From: Perkinsus olseni
Lineage: Eukaryota
DNA: 64,000 nt
Direction: 5' to 3'
Assembly: GCA_013115125.1 (NCBI GenBank)
Contig: JABANN010000090.1
Span: forward strand, 1-64,000
In this document: positions 45,109-59,314 of the stretch, piece after piece
Layout of the letters: every line of letters begins with the position of its first letter
Position numbering within the stretch: position 1 is the first letter of the stretch
Position numbers and translations under genes: made by a program
The notes under the pieces: model-generated
Told to the model about the DNA's origin: nothing
Seen by the model: only the letters and a program-made list of their open reading frames with translations
Databases searched by the model: none

Positions 45109-47823
45109 TCAGAGCATGAACATCAGTTTGGTAAGCATGTGTTGTTTATCCTTAGTGCTCCTCACGCTAGGCTGTACTCCTCCCCGAATGAAAAAGGATC
45201 TGAAAGACGATGTACAGCCAGTCGGGGAGTTGAGGTTCTTACTAGCATCATGCCGTGCTTCTGCGAACCCGACAAATGCCGCACCCGGGCTCCCGTCGCC
45301 TCGATCAAACGTCGTGAACCAGTGTCTCATGAAGACCTCACCGAAAAGGAAAGCCGGGCCGTAGCTGAAGAGCAGTAACGGTCATCGAGCAGCAATGAAT
45401 GCCTCTTACTCCTCCGGCACGGGTATGGACATGAAAGCCGGCTCACAGTAGCCGTCTCCTGTCCCAACCATGTACACTGACGAGGGGATCGCCTGATCGG
45501 ACGGTCAACTTGTGATAATACTATACTCCAATAGTTCTCACTAGGTCGAAAGGTTGGGCGTCCTCATCTCTCAACATATAGTGCAGATCGGGATAGGCCT
45601 CCCTGTCCGCAGCAATTTGGTTGCACGGACCACCGGGCAGTCGACGCAGAATTCTAAAACAGCCAGTCGTCGCCCCCCAGCAGAGCAAAAAGCTCACTTT
45701 TCGGCCAGCCCCGGAGGTGCCGTGAAGTATGTCGTCCCGGTGTCGATGATCAACTTGCGTACCCTCTTCCCTTCGTCAAATTCATGAGCTTCGGTATGGA
45801 AACTAAGGCGTGCATCATTCCAATATCAGGCAACACTGCTCTGACAGTGTTATCGTGGGCTCACCCCGACGATCCGCTGTCGACTTCATTCATGAAGTCT
45901 TCAAAGAAACTCTGCGTTCCCGTGGACAGGGCCGCGTAGGACTTGTTGCCTGGCTTACAAGGATGAGCACTAGACACGGACTCTGACGGTATATCCGTAC
46001 CGATGAGGAAGTCATCTAGGTCAATAGACCAGTAGTGCTCTTGGGTCACTTGGAACATTTTTATGTCGTTCTTATAAAACCTACACTCACGATGGTGACA
46101 CGAGAGGCATCACGCCGGCACCACCACCTCGAGTCGACGCCGCCAAAGAGAATCGCTGAACGCGTGGAAGGCATCGGCTCAAAGTAGAAGCTGAACTCGT
46201 TCTGGCCCCCGAGCACGTTCTGTTTCATGACATTGTCGAAGAAGGGCACATGCCCATCTAAAAAATAAAAAAATTATCTTTTCAGGAGGCGCATCCACAA
46301 TCAGAGTCCATATTAAGATTTCCACACCTCGTTACGCCAAGGAAGGCCGAGTATCGCTCACTCGACACATGGTTCTATACTAACATATCCTTATGATATA
46401 AAATAGAATATAATTCATGGTTACCGAGGCCAAGAAGGCTGCAATAAGTATGTCTAAAGAGATAGCTATAAGTATCGAGAAACGTAGTCAACCAGTGAAT
46501 CGTATGAAACGCGCCAGAAAGAGCCACCGGTGGTGGACCATTATAAGATGGGTGTACTACTTTTCATAACACCGATCCTCCGTGATGGACCATACTCCTA
46601 CCTGCAGCCATTGACGGGAATGCTAGTCCGAGAATACCCTCGAACGGTATTTCATAGAAAATCTTCCCGAGTTCCTCCTCGATCATAGCGAAGGTCTGAT
46701 CTTTCACCTGCCACTCAAGTAACAGTCCCAACGTCACACGAGGCGCTACCTGGTACGGCCCCACGGACAGGGTGTCGATGCCCTCCGGACCTCGGAGCTC
46801 CCCTGTGCCGAACTGGATATCCAAATGATTGGGCCTGATAGAGCGCCAGTCAGCAGCTACGTTCACTAAGCTTTGCTACACTGTAGTGTTCTCAAAGGAG
46901 TGACTCTCGAGCATGTTAAACTTATGTCGATTGCGACAGGGCTCGCTGATGCACAACGCCGATTGGACCCAAAGGTTGGTTGAACCTGACGTAGAACCGC
47001 TGCTGAACCGCTCTAGTAGCAGCACACAGACGAGGATGATCATACCCGTATCGAAGACAACATTAACCATGGCCTGCGGTCTCGCGCCGTCCTCGATAGT
47101 GCCGACCCCTATCGGACCCACATACTGGGAGTCTCGAAGATTGGTCAGCGGTATGACACCTGATGACACCAGATAGTTTAGCCGCCAACCGCGGCGAAGA
47201 GCCCTACCATTCGGGCTGACTTGGTAGGCCCGTCCATGCATGTGCCTCTTCACTCTACCATCTCCCAAGGTCATCCCTTCCTCGAGGTCCGACACGCCGT
47301 CCGGGTCGTAGTACTGCGCGAAGAGATCTCGATGGTGGCTCCGAAGGCGCTCTACAACGGTTATAGTGAAACATCCAGGCGGAACTCCCAAGCGGTACCG
47401 ATCTGATGCTGACTGACCAGGGTGTGGTACTCAAAAAATGAGCTGGCATGGTGGGGTTTGACGGCGCCCACGAGGCCCCGGAGATTGCTGCTCGCCATCC
47501 CCTCCACCAAACTGTGTGCCGGCCTTAGCGGTATAACATGCACCGGACCATGACCAGCATGGGTTCGCCCGTCCACCACGACCTGAGAGACGACAATAAG
47601 TAGGTCGACGAAGCCGCGAGCCCTTCCCTACCAATAGGGCGCAGACCAATAGGGACCAGCAGCTCAGGTGCTGTGGTAGTCGGACTGTAGTGATGAGGGT
47701 ACGAGTCATATAATGAGGTCGAGCGCCGGCGGCGGTTGGATCATTCCCAAGTGGGGGTGACGCAATGGTGACAAAGATAAGATCTGACACGAGGCGGTCG
47801 AGGAGGAGGACGACGACCTTCAT
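45109..47823 (-). CDS. Plasmepsin IX/X (TgASP3)-like aspartyl protease, multi-exon (3' end approximate)
   Basis: PLTNLRDSQYVGPIGVG, VVFDTGSTNLWV, IQFGTGELRG, FEGILGLAFPSM, PFFDNVMKQ, EHYW, LIIDTGTTYFTAP and FLFGEVFMRHWFTTFDR. Confidence 0.85.
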
Positions 47824-48287
47824 CTGTGCAAGATGCGTTCTTGCACTTTTCGTGCAGTCAATGTGAAGCGCGCGCGCCCGAAAAACCTAAAACGTGCAGC
47901 GTGAGCGAATCGCGGCTTTAGATGCCACAACAATAGCGGGGACTGGCAGCACTATGGCGTCTAAACGGGAGTTCTTTCCTTGTACACTTCTACCCGAGAA
48001 CTAGTCTACTGCTCGGGAGGAAGGCGAGACGCAGCTATGATGACGGTAGTCGAGTCCGCGAGTCCAGAGACAAGCTTGTCTGCTAGCATTGGACTTCCCA
48101 AGGGCCATGGCGGGGCGAAGACCTCCATCGAGGGCCGCTCAGAATCCCAAAAGGGAAGGAATACGTCCCGGAATACAGCAGGGAGGGCCCCCACGGTGAT
48201 GTTGGAGTAATAGAACAAACACCTTCCGAGATACTGGAAACACCCGTTAATACAAATGGTGAATGAGAGGATGTGAAGGAACCTCCC

Positions 48288-51200
48288 TTAGGAGGTTGTC
48301 GAGTCGAGAGCCAACGGCGACATGCTGGTCTCCCCGTCAGCATCATGGAAGTCTGTATCAGGCTCAGTGTCAGAGTCAACACAGTGGTGGAAACGTGCCA
48401 GCACCTACTCAGGGAAGGTCACACCACGGGCTGCTACGGATGCCATTCTAGTAGCAGTGACGCATGTAGCACAACTAACCCTACGCGAGGACTTCCCTAC
48501 GGAATTTCGAGACTGGAAAGCGAGGCGAATCCAGGCGTACCGAAGTAAGATATGTATCGAGCTCCTGCAGCGTGTAGTAGTTCTTCAGCGTCCCAACGTT
48601 GATGACCGGCTTTAACGGCGCCACCTCGAGCTCAGACTCCCGAATGCGGTTCCCGGGAGGGTAGTGGTTTATTTGCAGTCCACTCGACGCTGAGAGAGCA
48701 GCACACCTAAGGCGAAAGGGGACCAACTGAGCCTACTGTGATCGACCACTTGAACTCCTGGTGATAGGCCTATCTCCACACGGTAGCGGGTGAGATCTTG
48801 CCGTGTGCCTAGAGTCATGTCGGTATCAGAGTAGGGATATTAGATGTCACTGCCTTACTTTGGCTGCTGATCGTCCGATGCCTTCGCTCGGCGTCGTGTA
48901 CCGTGGAAGGACCATCATAGTCGTCCGCCTCGAAAACCTGAGCCACGAAACAAGTGCCCTGCAGGTGAACACGAGCGTCCTCCCACCCGTATGGATATGT
49001 GCGTGAGGTAATGCAGATCGGTGACGTCCCTGATGGTGGAGGGATCTATCGGCGACTTCATATGCTCATCATCACCGTTCACCAAAACCTGTGTAACCAT
49101 TGCCAACAGACGGTACCAGCTTAGACTTACATTGAGAAGGCTATGCATGGTCGATGCGCTCGTCACGTAAATCCTCGTGCGGACACACTTGCTGGTACCT
49201 TTTAAACGGCCCGGTACTCGACGAAATAACATCGCTCCTCCTACTTTTCATGCCGGTAATTTGTGCAACCGTTTCGTGAAGCTTCGGGTGCCAGTCGCTC
49301 CCGTCTCGCATGGCCTGCCTCAGCTGCGCACGGAGCTCCGGGGCCGCCTGCAGCGAGAAAATCCACTGAACCATCGGACCCATGGCGAGCAAAACTTACC
49401 CCCTTGGGAGCCTTGTCGACAGATCCCTCTCGACGCTTGGCGTGCTCACCGCTGCTCGATCGACTGAGACAGCCATTGGCATCAGACAACTTCCTATGTG
49501 GCAACCGTCTGTCGTACACAGTGGATGATCCCGGTGTCTTCCTCGCTTCGTTAGGGCCATCACCCGTCGCCGCGGAGGGCTCCTCGTGGTCCTTGAATCG
49601 ATGTGAATGAACGATACACTGGCGGACGGCATTGGTCGGGGACTGAAGCAGATCAGGCTAGGACCCTTCAGACTCGCCATCAAGCCTTACGTTCATAGCA
49701 CTGCCCTTGGATGGAGTGGAACCCATCGACATAGCAGGCAGCAGCGTCGGCGTCCCCGTCGCGTCGAAGCCCACAGTTTGCGCTATGGTGATAGATAGAA
49801 TCTCCCCAGGCAAGCGGAAGTGCTCACCATTAGCGTTTGATCTGGGCTGCCCCGAGTCAGTTATCTCATCCAGCATGAACTCTGAGTCGTTCATCAGCTT
49901 CTGCAGCAGTCGCCTGAGGAGGAGACGACTAGCGGACATGAGAGACGGCCGTGTCTCACCAGCTGGTCTCCACTCCTATGCGGATCTTGTCTTCCTTGTC
50001 TATGCCGAACTCGCTCGGACTAGTCCAGTTCTGCAATGGAATAAGGTAGCAGGACATCTCCTCTAACACGTTCAAGGCCTGACAACAACAGCCGCGTCTT
50101 CATGGGGGATGAGCGACCTGTGGGAAATCTTACAGCGGGAGGGACATCATTACGATGGTGAACAAGATCGTAATAAACACAGTCCCATAGGTCGGGCACC
50201 TTAGTTGTATCGAACTCACCCTGGGGTGGGCTCAGGAATCCTGAAAACCGGACAGTTCGAGGAGGGAAGCAGACCACGCTACCACCATGAAAACGAACCG
50301 GACTGAATGCTTGTCTACGGGCTAGTCTAAAGAGTCCCAATGGGAAACTCAAAGGAGATATACTCGTCCACCCTTCGAGGCCGTGTGAGTACTCTGGCTG
50401 TAGCACGCAGAGCATCCTCCCGTCCAACCAAGAAGCAGGCCACACCGTCGATACCAAATTGAGTTGATGTTGCAATAACAGCGAGGACAGTACAATGAGC
50501 CGCCCTCACCTTGGACTAGCTTTTTCCACCGATGTTCGATACGCTGCAGCTGTATATAGCGCCTCTTCACTCTGTCCTGCAGCTCATGGGGCAGCTTCGG
50601 ACCGGGCCCGATGGCGTACTCCCTCTTCACCAAGGACGCAAACGGGGTCGAGGAAACTGGACGGCACCCAATCATATTCACCCTCGACGCCCTCCGCGCA
50701 CGACTCACATCTGTCCCTCAGCTTCTCTCCGATGGACGATAAGAAGCCTCGGCGACCCGATCGAGGGACCGTCTCGCGGTGCCAAGACCGGAGACGACGG
50801 TTGCCTGACACAGGATAACAGCCGTAGACGTCGATTCAGGTGGCCCTCTACACGATGACTATAAAAATAATGCACATAAAATATTTCAAAAATATCACAT
50901 CACTTTTGCACTAACGTGTTCTATGGTCCGCGGTTTATAATAGACAATCTTGCGTGGTGGTGCTGCTGCTGTCAAACCCGGACAACAACCACCGCTGATC
51001 TCTCCGCACTCACTTACCCCTAACAGGCGAGGCCTCGCTCTCGTTAGACTGAGGAGTCTCCGGAGAGGACCCCAGACTGCCGCCGCCCCCACGGGGTGAC
51101 ACGGGATCGTCTGGCAAGGCATTCGGGGAGGAGCTGCCATTGATAGGAGACCCATCATCATACTCGGAGTAGTCGACCGAGTCCAACCTGAAGAAGAGGT

Positions 51201-54200
51201 CGTCAGTAACGAAAGACGGGTAGGCCCGCCCGTCGCGGTACTTGTGTTTTTCCGCGAGATGAGCGATCTCAGTGGAGATGAGCTCCAAGAAAGAGAGGCA
51301 GAGGTCCCCAACCTTCCTCATAGTGATGATGGGGTTGCCGATCATCCTAGCAGCCTCGGCCGTACCTACCAGAGGCGATACGTCATCGTCAAACTGCAGC
51401 TACACTGGGGGCTCCCAAACACAAATGTAGAACAAAATATAATCTAACAAACTTCATGCCACCAGGAATGTATCACCAATAGATTGCCATAACTTTCATG
51501 GGCTAATTTGATAATTCGAGTGTACGGCAGAGAGTCCCCTACCCTTATGATCGGTCGGTGCCATGATCTCCAACAGCTCCCCAGGCCTCAGCTCCGAGCT
51601 GTCTGTGTGCAGTATCGTGTCAATCATCTTCTTAACCTGGCAACAGCAATCACTCGCAATCCGGGACAGATTAGAACTTTGCTAACCCACCTTGTTCCGG
51701 TCCTCCTTCGGGATAGGTCGATCTAACAGCTTCCTGGCGAAGCCGTCGACGCACACGAGGGACACGAGAATAGGAGGGAGGTCGCCTGCAGGAGATCCCA
51801 TCTGACGGAACCGCTCCCCGTAAGCCCCGTTGGTTACCCTCGAGATCGAGAAAGCCCTTAGTGAAGGCTGCGGCCGTGGTCTGGCAACGTCCCTCGTGAC
51901 TGGAGTAGATCTTGAAGTCGTGGCGGAAGGTGGAGTGCAGGCGTAGGAGGGAAGTGCCTGACAGAAATGAAGGGACCTGAGCCTCTCCAGCAGAGCCTAA
52001 GACAGTCCACTGCTCAGCCCTACTAGTCTACCGTGGAACCTGAACTTCTACCGGAAGATATTCTCACCGCTACAACATGAAACCGTCAAGCAAAAATATA
52101 TAATTATAAATGTATGCACGTCTAAGTCTATTTATCATTCTATCTTAACTGCTAAGAAATAACTTGAAAAAAGTCAAGCCTATTGCGATATTCATCTCAC
52201 ATAGAATTCTAACTATTTATTAAAGCGCCAACGAGGCCTCCGGGAGGGAGTAGGAAGAGAGGACTCACAATCATCGCTGTTGATCGGGAAGAGCTCCTGT
52301 CGTAGCCGACGGCCGAGCTGCTCCGCCTGATTCCGCCCGAGCGAGGTCAGCTCGCCTCCCCATTTCGCCACAACCTGTACCTCCGTGCCTGCGAGACAAG
52401 AAGAACGTGATGCTACCGCGGCACCGAGTACACTTTCCGAGGCCGACTCGAGTTGGGCAGACAGTATGCGAAGCGCAATGAGAGGATATCGCCGACGCCC
52501 TATCGAGGCCACATCAGCTTTACTCGCAGGAGAAGGACAGCCACGGATGATCAGCCACGCCTCGTCTACCGGGTATTACATTCCTCCACGCCATGGGCGT
52601 TGATCGCAAACTTAATGGGTTTGAATTGTATCTTCCTGTTCAGGCCCGTGAAGTGCTCATGCAGGTCCAACACCATCTTGAGAGTCTCTATATTCTTCCT
52701 ATCCTTATCAGACAGTTCCGGCTCTTGCAAGGCCGCTTTCACCTTAGCCAGCAGCTTCTCCATCTCCTCTGGGCTCTTGATCAACACCTGCGGCCACCCT
52801 CCACCCGAGCTACATAGAAGATAGAGACGCCTCGCTCACCTCGCCGTGAGGGTCCACTGGCAACCGACCGGAGATGCCGATATCCGAGTCGTCCTCCTCG
52901 TCATCATCCTCGGTTCTGCTGGGCCTGGCCATCGCGGAGAGATGAGCAGGGAGTGGTACTGGCAGTAGACTACTTATTAATATAGTCCAAGAAATACTTG
53001 TGGGAGGATTTGAACTTGTGCTTCTCCTTCGGCTTCCGATCGCCATGTCGCATGATAATCATAACCTGCCATAACCATAGCCCAGCTCCTCCTCCCTTCA
53101 CAGCTGCTGCCACCGATTCAGTGACATCCACGTCGGTGGTCACGGAGGAGCCCTCAGACCAGTCCTGTTGACCCAGAACTACTTACCGCCCTCAGTTTAT
53201 CATGCTGGAAGTTCTCCTCATCAGCCTCGTCAACCTCTGGCGTCGTTCGATTGATCGGCTCTATCATTCGCTCCTCCTGATGAGACACCCAAGGTCAGAA
53301 CGGCTATGCTTCAGCCCCCTGCTTCTTCCACAGAAGATAAACGCAGTCACACTCTCGACTGGCGAGACCACAACGAGGCAGGCAGAATTCGACCGAACGA
53401 ATAAGGACCTCGCTGCTTATGTTTTTCGCCGCCTCCCCTTTCTCACATTCTTGAGTGCAGGTATCGGCATGGTGAAGGTGATGTGGAAACGATCCAGGAA
53501 GAACTTCTGCACGAGGATAGCGCAGTCGTCGTAGTACCGCTGATTGCCCTTCACGAAGGACCATCCATTAACATCACACACTATCGACCTCCCCGTCGTG
53601 CCTGAGATAGCAATCAGTGCGACGCCGATCACCAGCGAGGAATCGCCCTTGGTTTGAAATCTTAGGTCGACCCTAGGCACTTACGGAGGACGTCGAATCC
53701 CGTGACGAACTGGCCAAAGGCCTGCACAATCAAGGCACCACAAGCCTTCTCCACTTCACTCAGTGTAATAGGATAGCGTATCTCCTTGCCGTTCTTATTC
53801 CGCATAACTTTACCATCAACAGTAGGCGCCCTATCAGCAACAAAAAGCCCTCTTCTCCGATCGGAGTATCGATTATGAGACTACTTCCGGGCCTCGGCAT
53901 GGCTGTACATCTCCCCAACCATGTACACCTTCACGTCCATACCACCCGTCGGCAGGAACGGCTCGTAAAGATACTTCTTGTCTTTCCGAATGCGCGACTG
54001 CTTCGAGTCAAACTCGGATGACTTGTCTCCGATCTGAGCTCATGGATCGACCGTCCACAGCGCGTGAAGGGTGGTACCTTCCGGAAGAGCTTCTTGCAGC
54101 CTCCACCGACGTTGGTGGGATAGTATATCCAAATGTTGTGATCGTCCCCATCCAACGGCTTCTCAACGAAGGGCTTCTTCAGTTTACGACCGTCGTAGAT

Positions 54201-55591
54201 TATGTAGTCGTCCGCCTCGACAAACTGAACAACAACAGTTGCCCTCAAGCGCAGTCCACGCATCACCCCCCGGGAAGTGTCCCTGCAGCCAGGCGACCAC
54301 CACTATAAATGCTGATGACCAGCAAGCGACTCCGCCCGAGCCCTCCACACCTGATGGTCTCCATAGTCAAGATGGTCGATCGCCATAAAATCCGGACAGG
54401 GTATGTCATGCGACTTCAACGTCTCGTAGACGGTGAGCCTGTTCCGCAGCTTCAGCTGGTCCTCCACCTACCATCGAAAGGCCCACTCTCGGAGCCCCTT
54501 CCGCGCGGTCATGACCGCTACCTTATTGATCTCAACTGGATGGCGCATCTTGACGTACTCGAGGCTCTTGTAGAGTGGGAAGCCCTTTGAGTGGAAGGAC
54601 ACGTAGCACTGCACTATCGGCCATTCCGATACATCTTGTTCTAAGATCATCTTCTCATCGAAAATAATGATATCAAAGGCACCTGTATTGGAGAAAGGCA
54701 GGGTCCTAAAGCATCTCAATTCGAGGCTATTATCATTACAGTAGGGCTTCATAACCTATAGACATGAAACGAAGCAAGTGCGGTATAATACAAACCAGTA
54801 CAAATACCAGTTAGACCCGGATTCCTATTAACCCCTGCCATATGTATTCACTGATACTAGCTATCTTATATCACAGGTACGGCTGCCATAGGGTCCTAAT
54901 ATCCTATTAGACGTTGTAGCTTAACAAGGCCTCCTGGTCCCCGGCACTACGCTGTCCACAGACCTTAACGACGCAGCACTACTGGGAGGCACCGACTATG
55001 ACGCATTCCTCAACGTCCATTCACCGTGAAGCCAAGATTATCGGGCCCGGCTCCCTACTGGTACTACCACTAGCGTCCAGCCTCCGCAAGAGAGACTGCA
55101 TAGGGTTGCTGGTTGCCTTGGTTCGCATGCAGCAAACGCCCAGCGTGAGCTTGTGCGTGAGGCCCTTGGATCCTCCGATCGAGAAGGGCTGGTAGGGCGA
55201 GTGCTCTGACATAAACGACACTGCCGGCTCTCACACTCACTACTTCGACAAATCCCCACGGAGCAGTACTGCAATGGCTACTCCAATGGAGGGAGTTTCC
55301 TAACATCATTCCGGTATGCCGCCGACTTCACACCGATAACTCACGATAAACGACGAGGCGACGAGTTGTCGACTGATACAGCGTAATGAGAATACTCACT
55401 GGCCACTCCTTCACGTGAGGGGCTTATTATGGTAGACGATACTTGTGAGACTGCTGCTTCCTCCACAAGATTTAGCCCCCACTACCATGCAAGCTCTCCC
55501 GTCTATGCTGTTGCGTCCCCTCAGATGCCGATGAATCCCCTAGAGTAGGTGACTGCTCCCTACTCCTGCTGATCACCGACGGTAGCATCAT
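48288..55591 (-). CDS. VIP1: Inositol pyrophosphate kinase/phosphatase VIP1/PPIP5K, many exons (ends approximate)
   Basis: [33 protein letters not shown]...[51 protein letters not shown] and VRTRIYVTS motifs occur in the expected order. Confidence 0.93.
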
Positions 55592-56861
55592 CCCTGGTTG
55601 TCGAGGAGCTGGAATGGTGATGAAAGAAAATAATGAAAAACTCTCAACCCTGACCACCGAACCCGTCACACAAATACCCACAGGAGGCGATCCGAGCCCG
55701 ACCCGTGCACTCAGAAGAGCTCTCCCGACCCATCAGCGAGGACGTGTTGTCCACAACGCCTTCACCACAATGGACTACAAGCCGTCGAATCCCTCAGTGC
55801 TTCGTGAGGTACCGTCTTCCCGACGCTAGCACACAAGAGTGTCCACTTCTACAGCAGAGGGTAAACACAGACTGAACCACAACACCAAGAGCTGCTGCTG
55901 ATACGTTACTTGGTCACTATCATGCATACTTCACTCTACTATCAGGGCTTTTTATTATGGCATACGCTAGTCGTTGATGGAGCACGTAAGGCAGAAAGTC
56001 GCTTGAACGACTGCATGCAGTTACCCTTCCGAAACCAGTGCCAAGGTGGAAGCCGTCCTGGGCTCCCCCGACGGGTGCCGAGGGCGAGCTCTGGAAGAAC
56101 CACATCGGAAGAGGCGGGTGAAGAAGCGAGAGAATCTTGAGCGTCTAGGCCTCCTTCTAGATGATGACGGACTGCTAGACTTAAGACAAGGCTTGTACGG
56201 CTGCAATGGTGCCTACCGCACAGACCCCGTACGACGGTAAGCGACTGGCCGCAGGGAACACGAGCAGCCTCCCTTCTTCACCTGGGATCTCCTACGACTC
56301 TCCTGTACACTCTCGCAGCACACAATCTCCAACTTCTTACTGGAGTCCTGAGAGCCTCTACGACCACTCCTAGGCTGGCCGGCTACCATTACACGAGAAA
56401 AAGCTGTCCTCGCCCTACTGATGACTACCACAACACCCACAGCAAAATCATTGAAAAATCATAGTACTAGTTTACGACTGAATATCGACTGCATTACGAT
56501 CGCCTTCATTATTATCGCGTGCGTGGGCGAGCAAGCCGAATGCTAAGCATACAGCTGACGATGATCGCTCTAAGGCGACCCGCTATTGAGACTGGACATT
56601 CTGATTCCGCCTCCCATCGCTCTCCATCTCCGCAATCACCACCCTTCACTCGTCGACTTGGCAGCAGTTCGTGACGACTGTCCCTGTCTGCCTTCTGAAG
56701 GAAGACCGCTGGTGTGACGTCCTGGACGGCCATCGTGCGTTGCTGTGTGGCGAAAGTCATACAGAACAGCCAAGGCCAATGAGCGCACCACTAGTGACCA
56801 GTATTACGAACTCGACCCAGTGAAGGGGTATGGAACGTTGGAATGTAACAAAGGTGATGGA

Positions 56862-57977
56862 CTACAGGATGTACCGATCGAGGAACTTCCGATGGAAGTC
56901 GCTGCGCACTGCGTCATTAATGAACCTGCCAGGACACCGTTGACCACCATCACCTCCTGCTACCCCTCGGCCGACCTTTTCTTGCCCTTAGGCTGGTTTC
57001 TGGATTGGTTCTTGAACACAGTGTCATCGTCCCATCGCCGCTTGAGCTGCATGTTACCCCCCGCTGGCAGCACAACTATCCCCTTCGGTCACAGTACCGT
57101 TAATAGTACCTCCTGGCAAGAGTGGGTTACCAACGGCAATCTGTTGCCTCTCCTCTTCCTCCTCCTTAGCCTGCTCAGCTGCTTTCGTCTTCGCCTCCTC
57201 TGCCGCCCTGTCGAAAGAGAACCAGTACGGCGCCACACAGTACGGACTTACAGAATGCGACGAATTGAATCTTATAACAACGGACTCCGTCCGAACCTCC
57301 CAAGCGTCCAACCCGCGGCTGACCTCTCCGCACGTATCTTGGCCAACTCCCGCATCAGCTCGGCTTCCTCAGCATCTTCATCATCGTCGCTGCCACCGGA
57401 GTCTGAGGAAACATACACTGTAGATTCTGACGGCTCGGCAGTGCTGAACGACATTTCACAAAGAACCAACTCGAAGCTGGTCCCGGCCCTCAGGCGGCGA
57501 CTTGGAGTGTCTGTCGCCTCCCCAGACCAGGCGAATGCTGCCAGGCCGTCGATGCCCATTCAAATGGGAGGTATGTCTACAGGTCCTACACCGATCAGCT
57601 TCGGACTCAGTGTCCGAACCCCCACCACCAGCGTCAGGGTCTTCATCGCAGTCTTCAGGGAACGCTGAATCCGGCGGCGGCTCTACCATACAGGAATGGA
57701 GCCGGGCAGTAGCATTCGGTTGGGTATCACCTATAGCCCCCTTGGCCTCCTTCTTCTCCAGCTCCCTCCGCAATGCCTCCTTGTCTGATCCCTTGTCCTT
57801 CGACTCACGAAACTTCAGCGTCAGGTGGCCTGCACGACATCAATGACGCCTAGCCAGTGACGTGGACGTCGTACCTGGCTCATCCCGGGCCCTCCTGAAG
57901 ATGGTGGGGATAGGCTGGTTGCTTGAGCTGTTGGCTCCAAGGGCGTTGTGGAAGGTAGGGCGATGGGCTGTCGTCAT
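56862..57977 (-). CDS. CWC15: Spliceosome-associated protein CWC15, multi-exon
   Basis: MTTAHRPTF, HLTLKFR, ELMRELAKIRAER, GNPLL, LKRRWDDDTVFKNQ and FINDAVRSDFHRKFLDRYI*. Confidence 0.93.
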
Positions 57978-58145
57978 GACGGGCAATAACAACGACAACC
58001 ACTGACCTGTCACCTTCAAGTACCACACTCTCCCCTACTCAGACGAACTTGGATAAGCAGGAAATGATGAGAAAAATGATAATGCTATGAGAGAACATGA
58101 CAGCAAATAGTTCCACAAGATGTATCAGTATACTACGCAGAGTAG

Positions 58146-58958
58146 TCAAAGATGGTCCAGGGCGTCACCACGATGATAGAAATAGGTGGAGTCCTTCCTG
58201 TTGAAGGCCCCTCGAGTCAACCTGTGCCACTTCCTCGGGTGAATAGTCCAGTAAATCGACGACGTGGGCACTACAAAGACCCCAAAGGCCACCCACAGTG
58301 CTATCGCTATTGTCTGCCAGTTGTCCAGGCACCATTGTAAGCAACCTATCTTTCCCAGACACCAGGAGTTCTCCACATCAGTATTACCCGAGGACAGACA
58401 CGTAGCGTTCCACGGCAGCCCAGGAGCAACCCACTGGTTGAACTCCGAGCTGACCCTGGCATTAGTGCAGCTGATGGTCGCAATGCTTCGACAGGCCGGA
58501 TCGATACAGTTGCCGCCCTCGCACGAGAAGCGGTCCCAAGTACTGAAGAACCCCCTTCTGATCTCGTCCAGAATATTCTCTTCGCCCACTGAGCTGGCGA
58601 TGCCACCCGACCGGACCACCGCGTCCCCCGCTGCCCAGTAGTCCTGTGCCAGAGTGGCAATCACCAGTTGCAATGAGACGATTAAGATGAGGACAAGATA
58701 GTGTATCCTCGCCGTACAGGCCACGTCATCATCGTCCTTCTCCAAAGCCAGTTGAGTTGCCCCTGCAAAGGAGGCCAACAGCGCCACAATAGCGACCGCC
58801 AGAGCTATCCAGTTGATTCTGGGGTTGAGCAGGTCGTAGAAGGGCGATGCCAGAGACGATGCTGCGAAGACCAGCAAGACGATGCTGGCAGAGCACATAA
58901 ACATCTGCGGCGTCACTCGAAGTAACGTGGAGAAGCCACGAAGGGTTCTCGCGGGCAT
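58146..58958 (-). CDS. Intronless four-TM protein with Cys-rich large loop (tetraspanin-like topology)
   Basis: Three N-terminal hydrophobic helices, a Cys-rich loop ending in GC, then a fourth helix; no canonical CCG motif. Confidence 0.6.
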   Translation of the reverse strand: MPARTLRGFSTLLRVTPQMFMCSASIVLLVFAASSLASPFYDLLNPRINWIALAVAIVALLASFAGATQLALEKDDDDVACTARIHYLVLILIVSLQLVIATLAQDYWAAGDAVVRSGGIASSVGEENILDEIRRGFFSTWDRFSCEGGNCIDPACRSIATISCTNARVSSEFNQWVAPGLPWNATCLSSGNTDVENSWCLGKIGCLQWCLDNWQTIAIALWVAFGVFVVPTSSIYWTIHPRKWHRLTRGAFNRKDSTYFYHRGDALDHL

Positions 58959-59314
58959 GTCAAAGATAGTCGCTACGGTAAAAGGGATCAGCCGCCGACC
59001 CTCACAGCCACTACACACTACAGGAGTGGTCTATGCCTGTGAATTAGGAAACTGGCCTATCATAATCATGGTCGGGGTGATGATTACACCTGGTCCACCG
59101 AGTCGAAGTCACCCTGGCTTATCACCTCGATCTGCTTCTTACCGTACCTGATCCGAGACTGAATCTGGGAATAGTGATACTGGTAGGAGTACTATCAACA
59201 ATACATCAAAATAATATACATAAAAGTGACCATGTAGGGAACAACAAGGCTACGAAGCTAGCACCTCGTCAGGAGCTTCTTGGGGGGTCTTCAAGTTTCA
59301 CTCACGCTCAGAGT

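Noticed and set aside
55760..56440. Possible small R/S-rich minus-strand gene between VIP1 and CWC15
   Set aside because: Open segments exist, but there is no homology and the exon structure is ambiguous.
56745..57668. 307-aa plus-strand ORF
   Set aside because: Antisense to the well-supported CWC15 exons.
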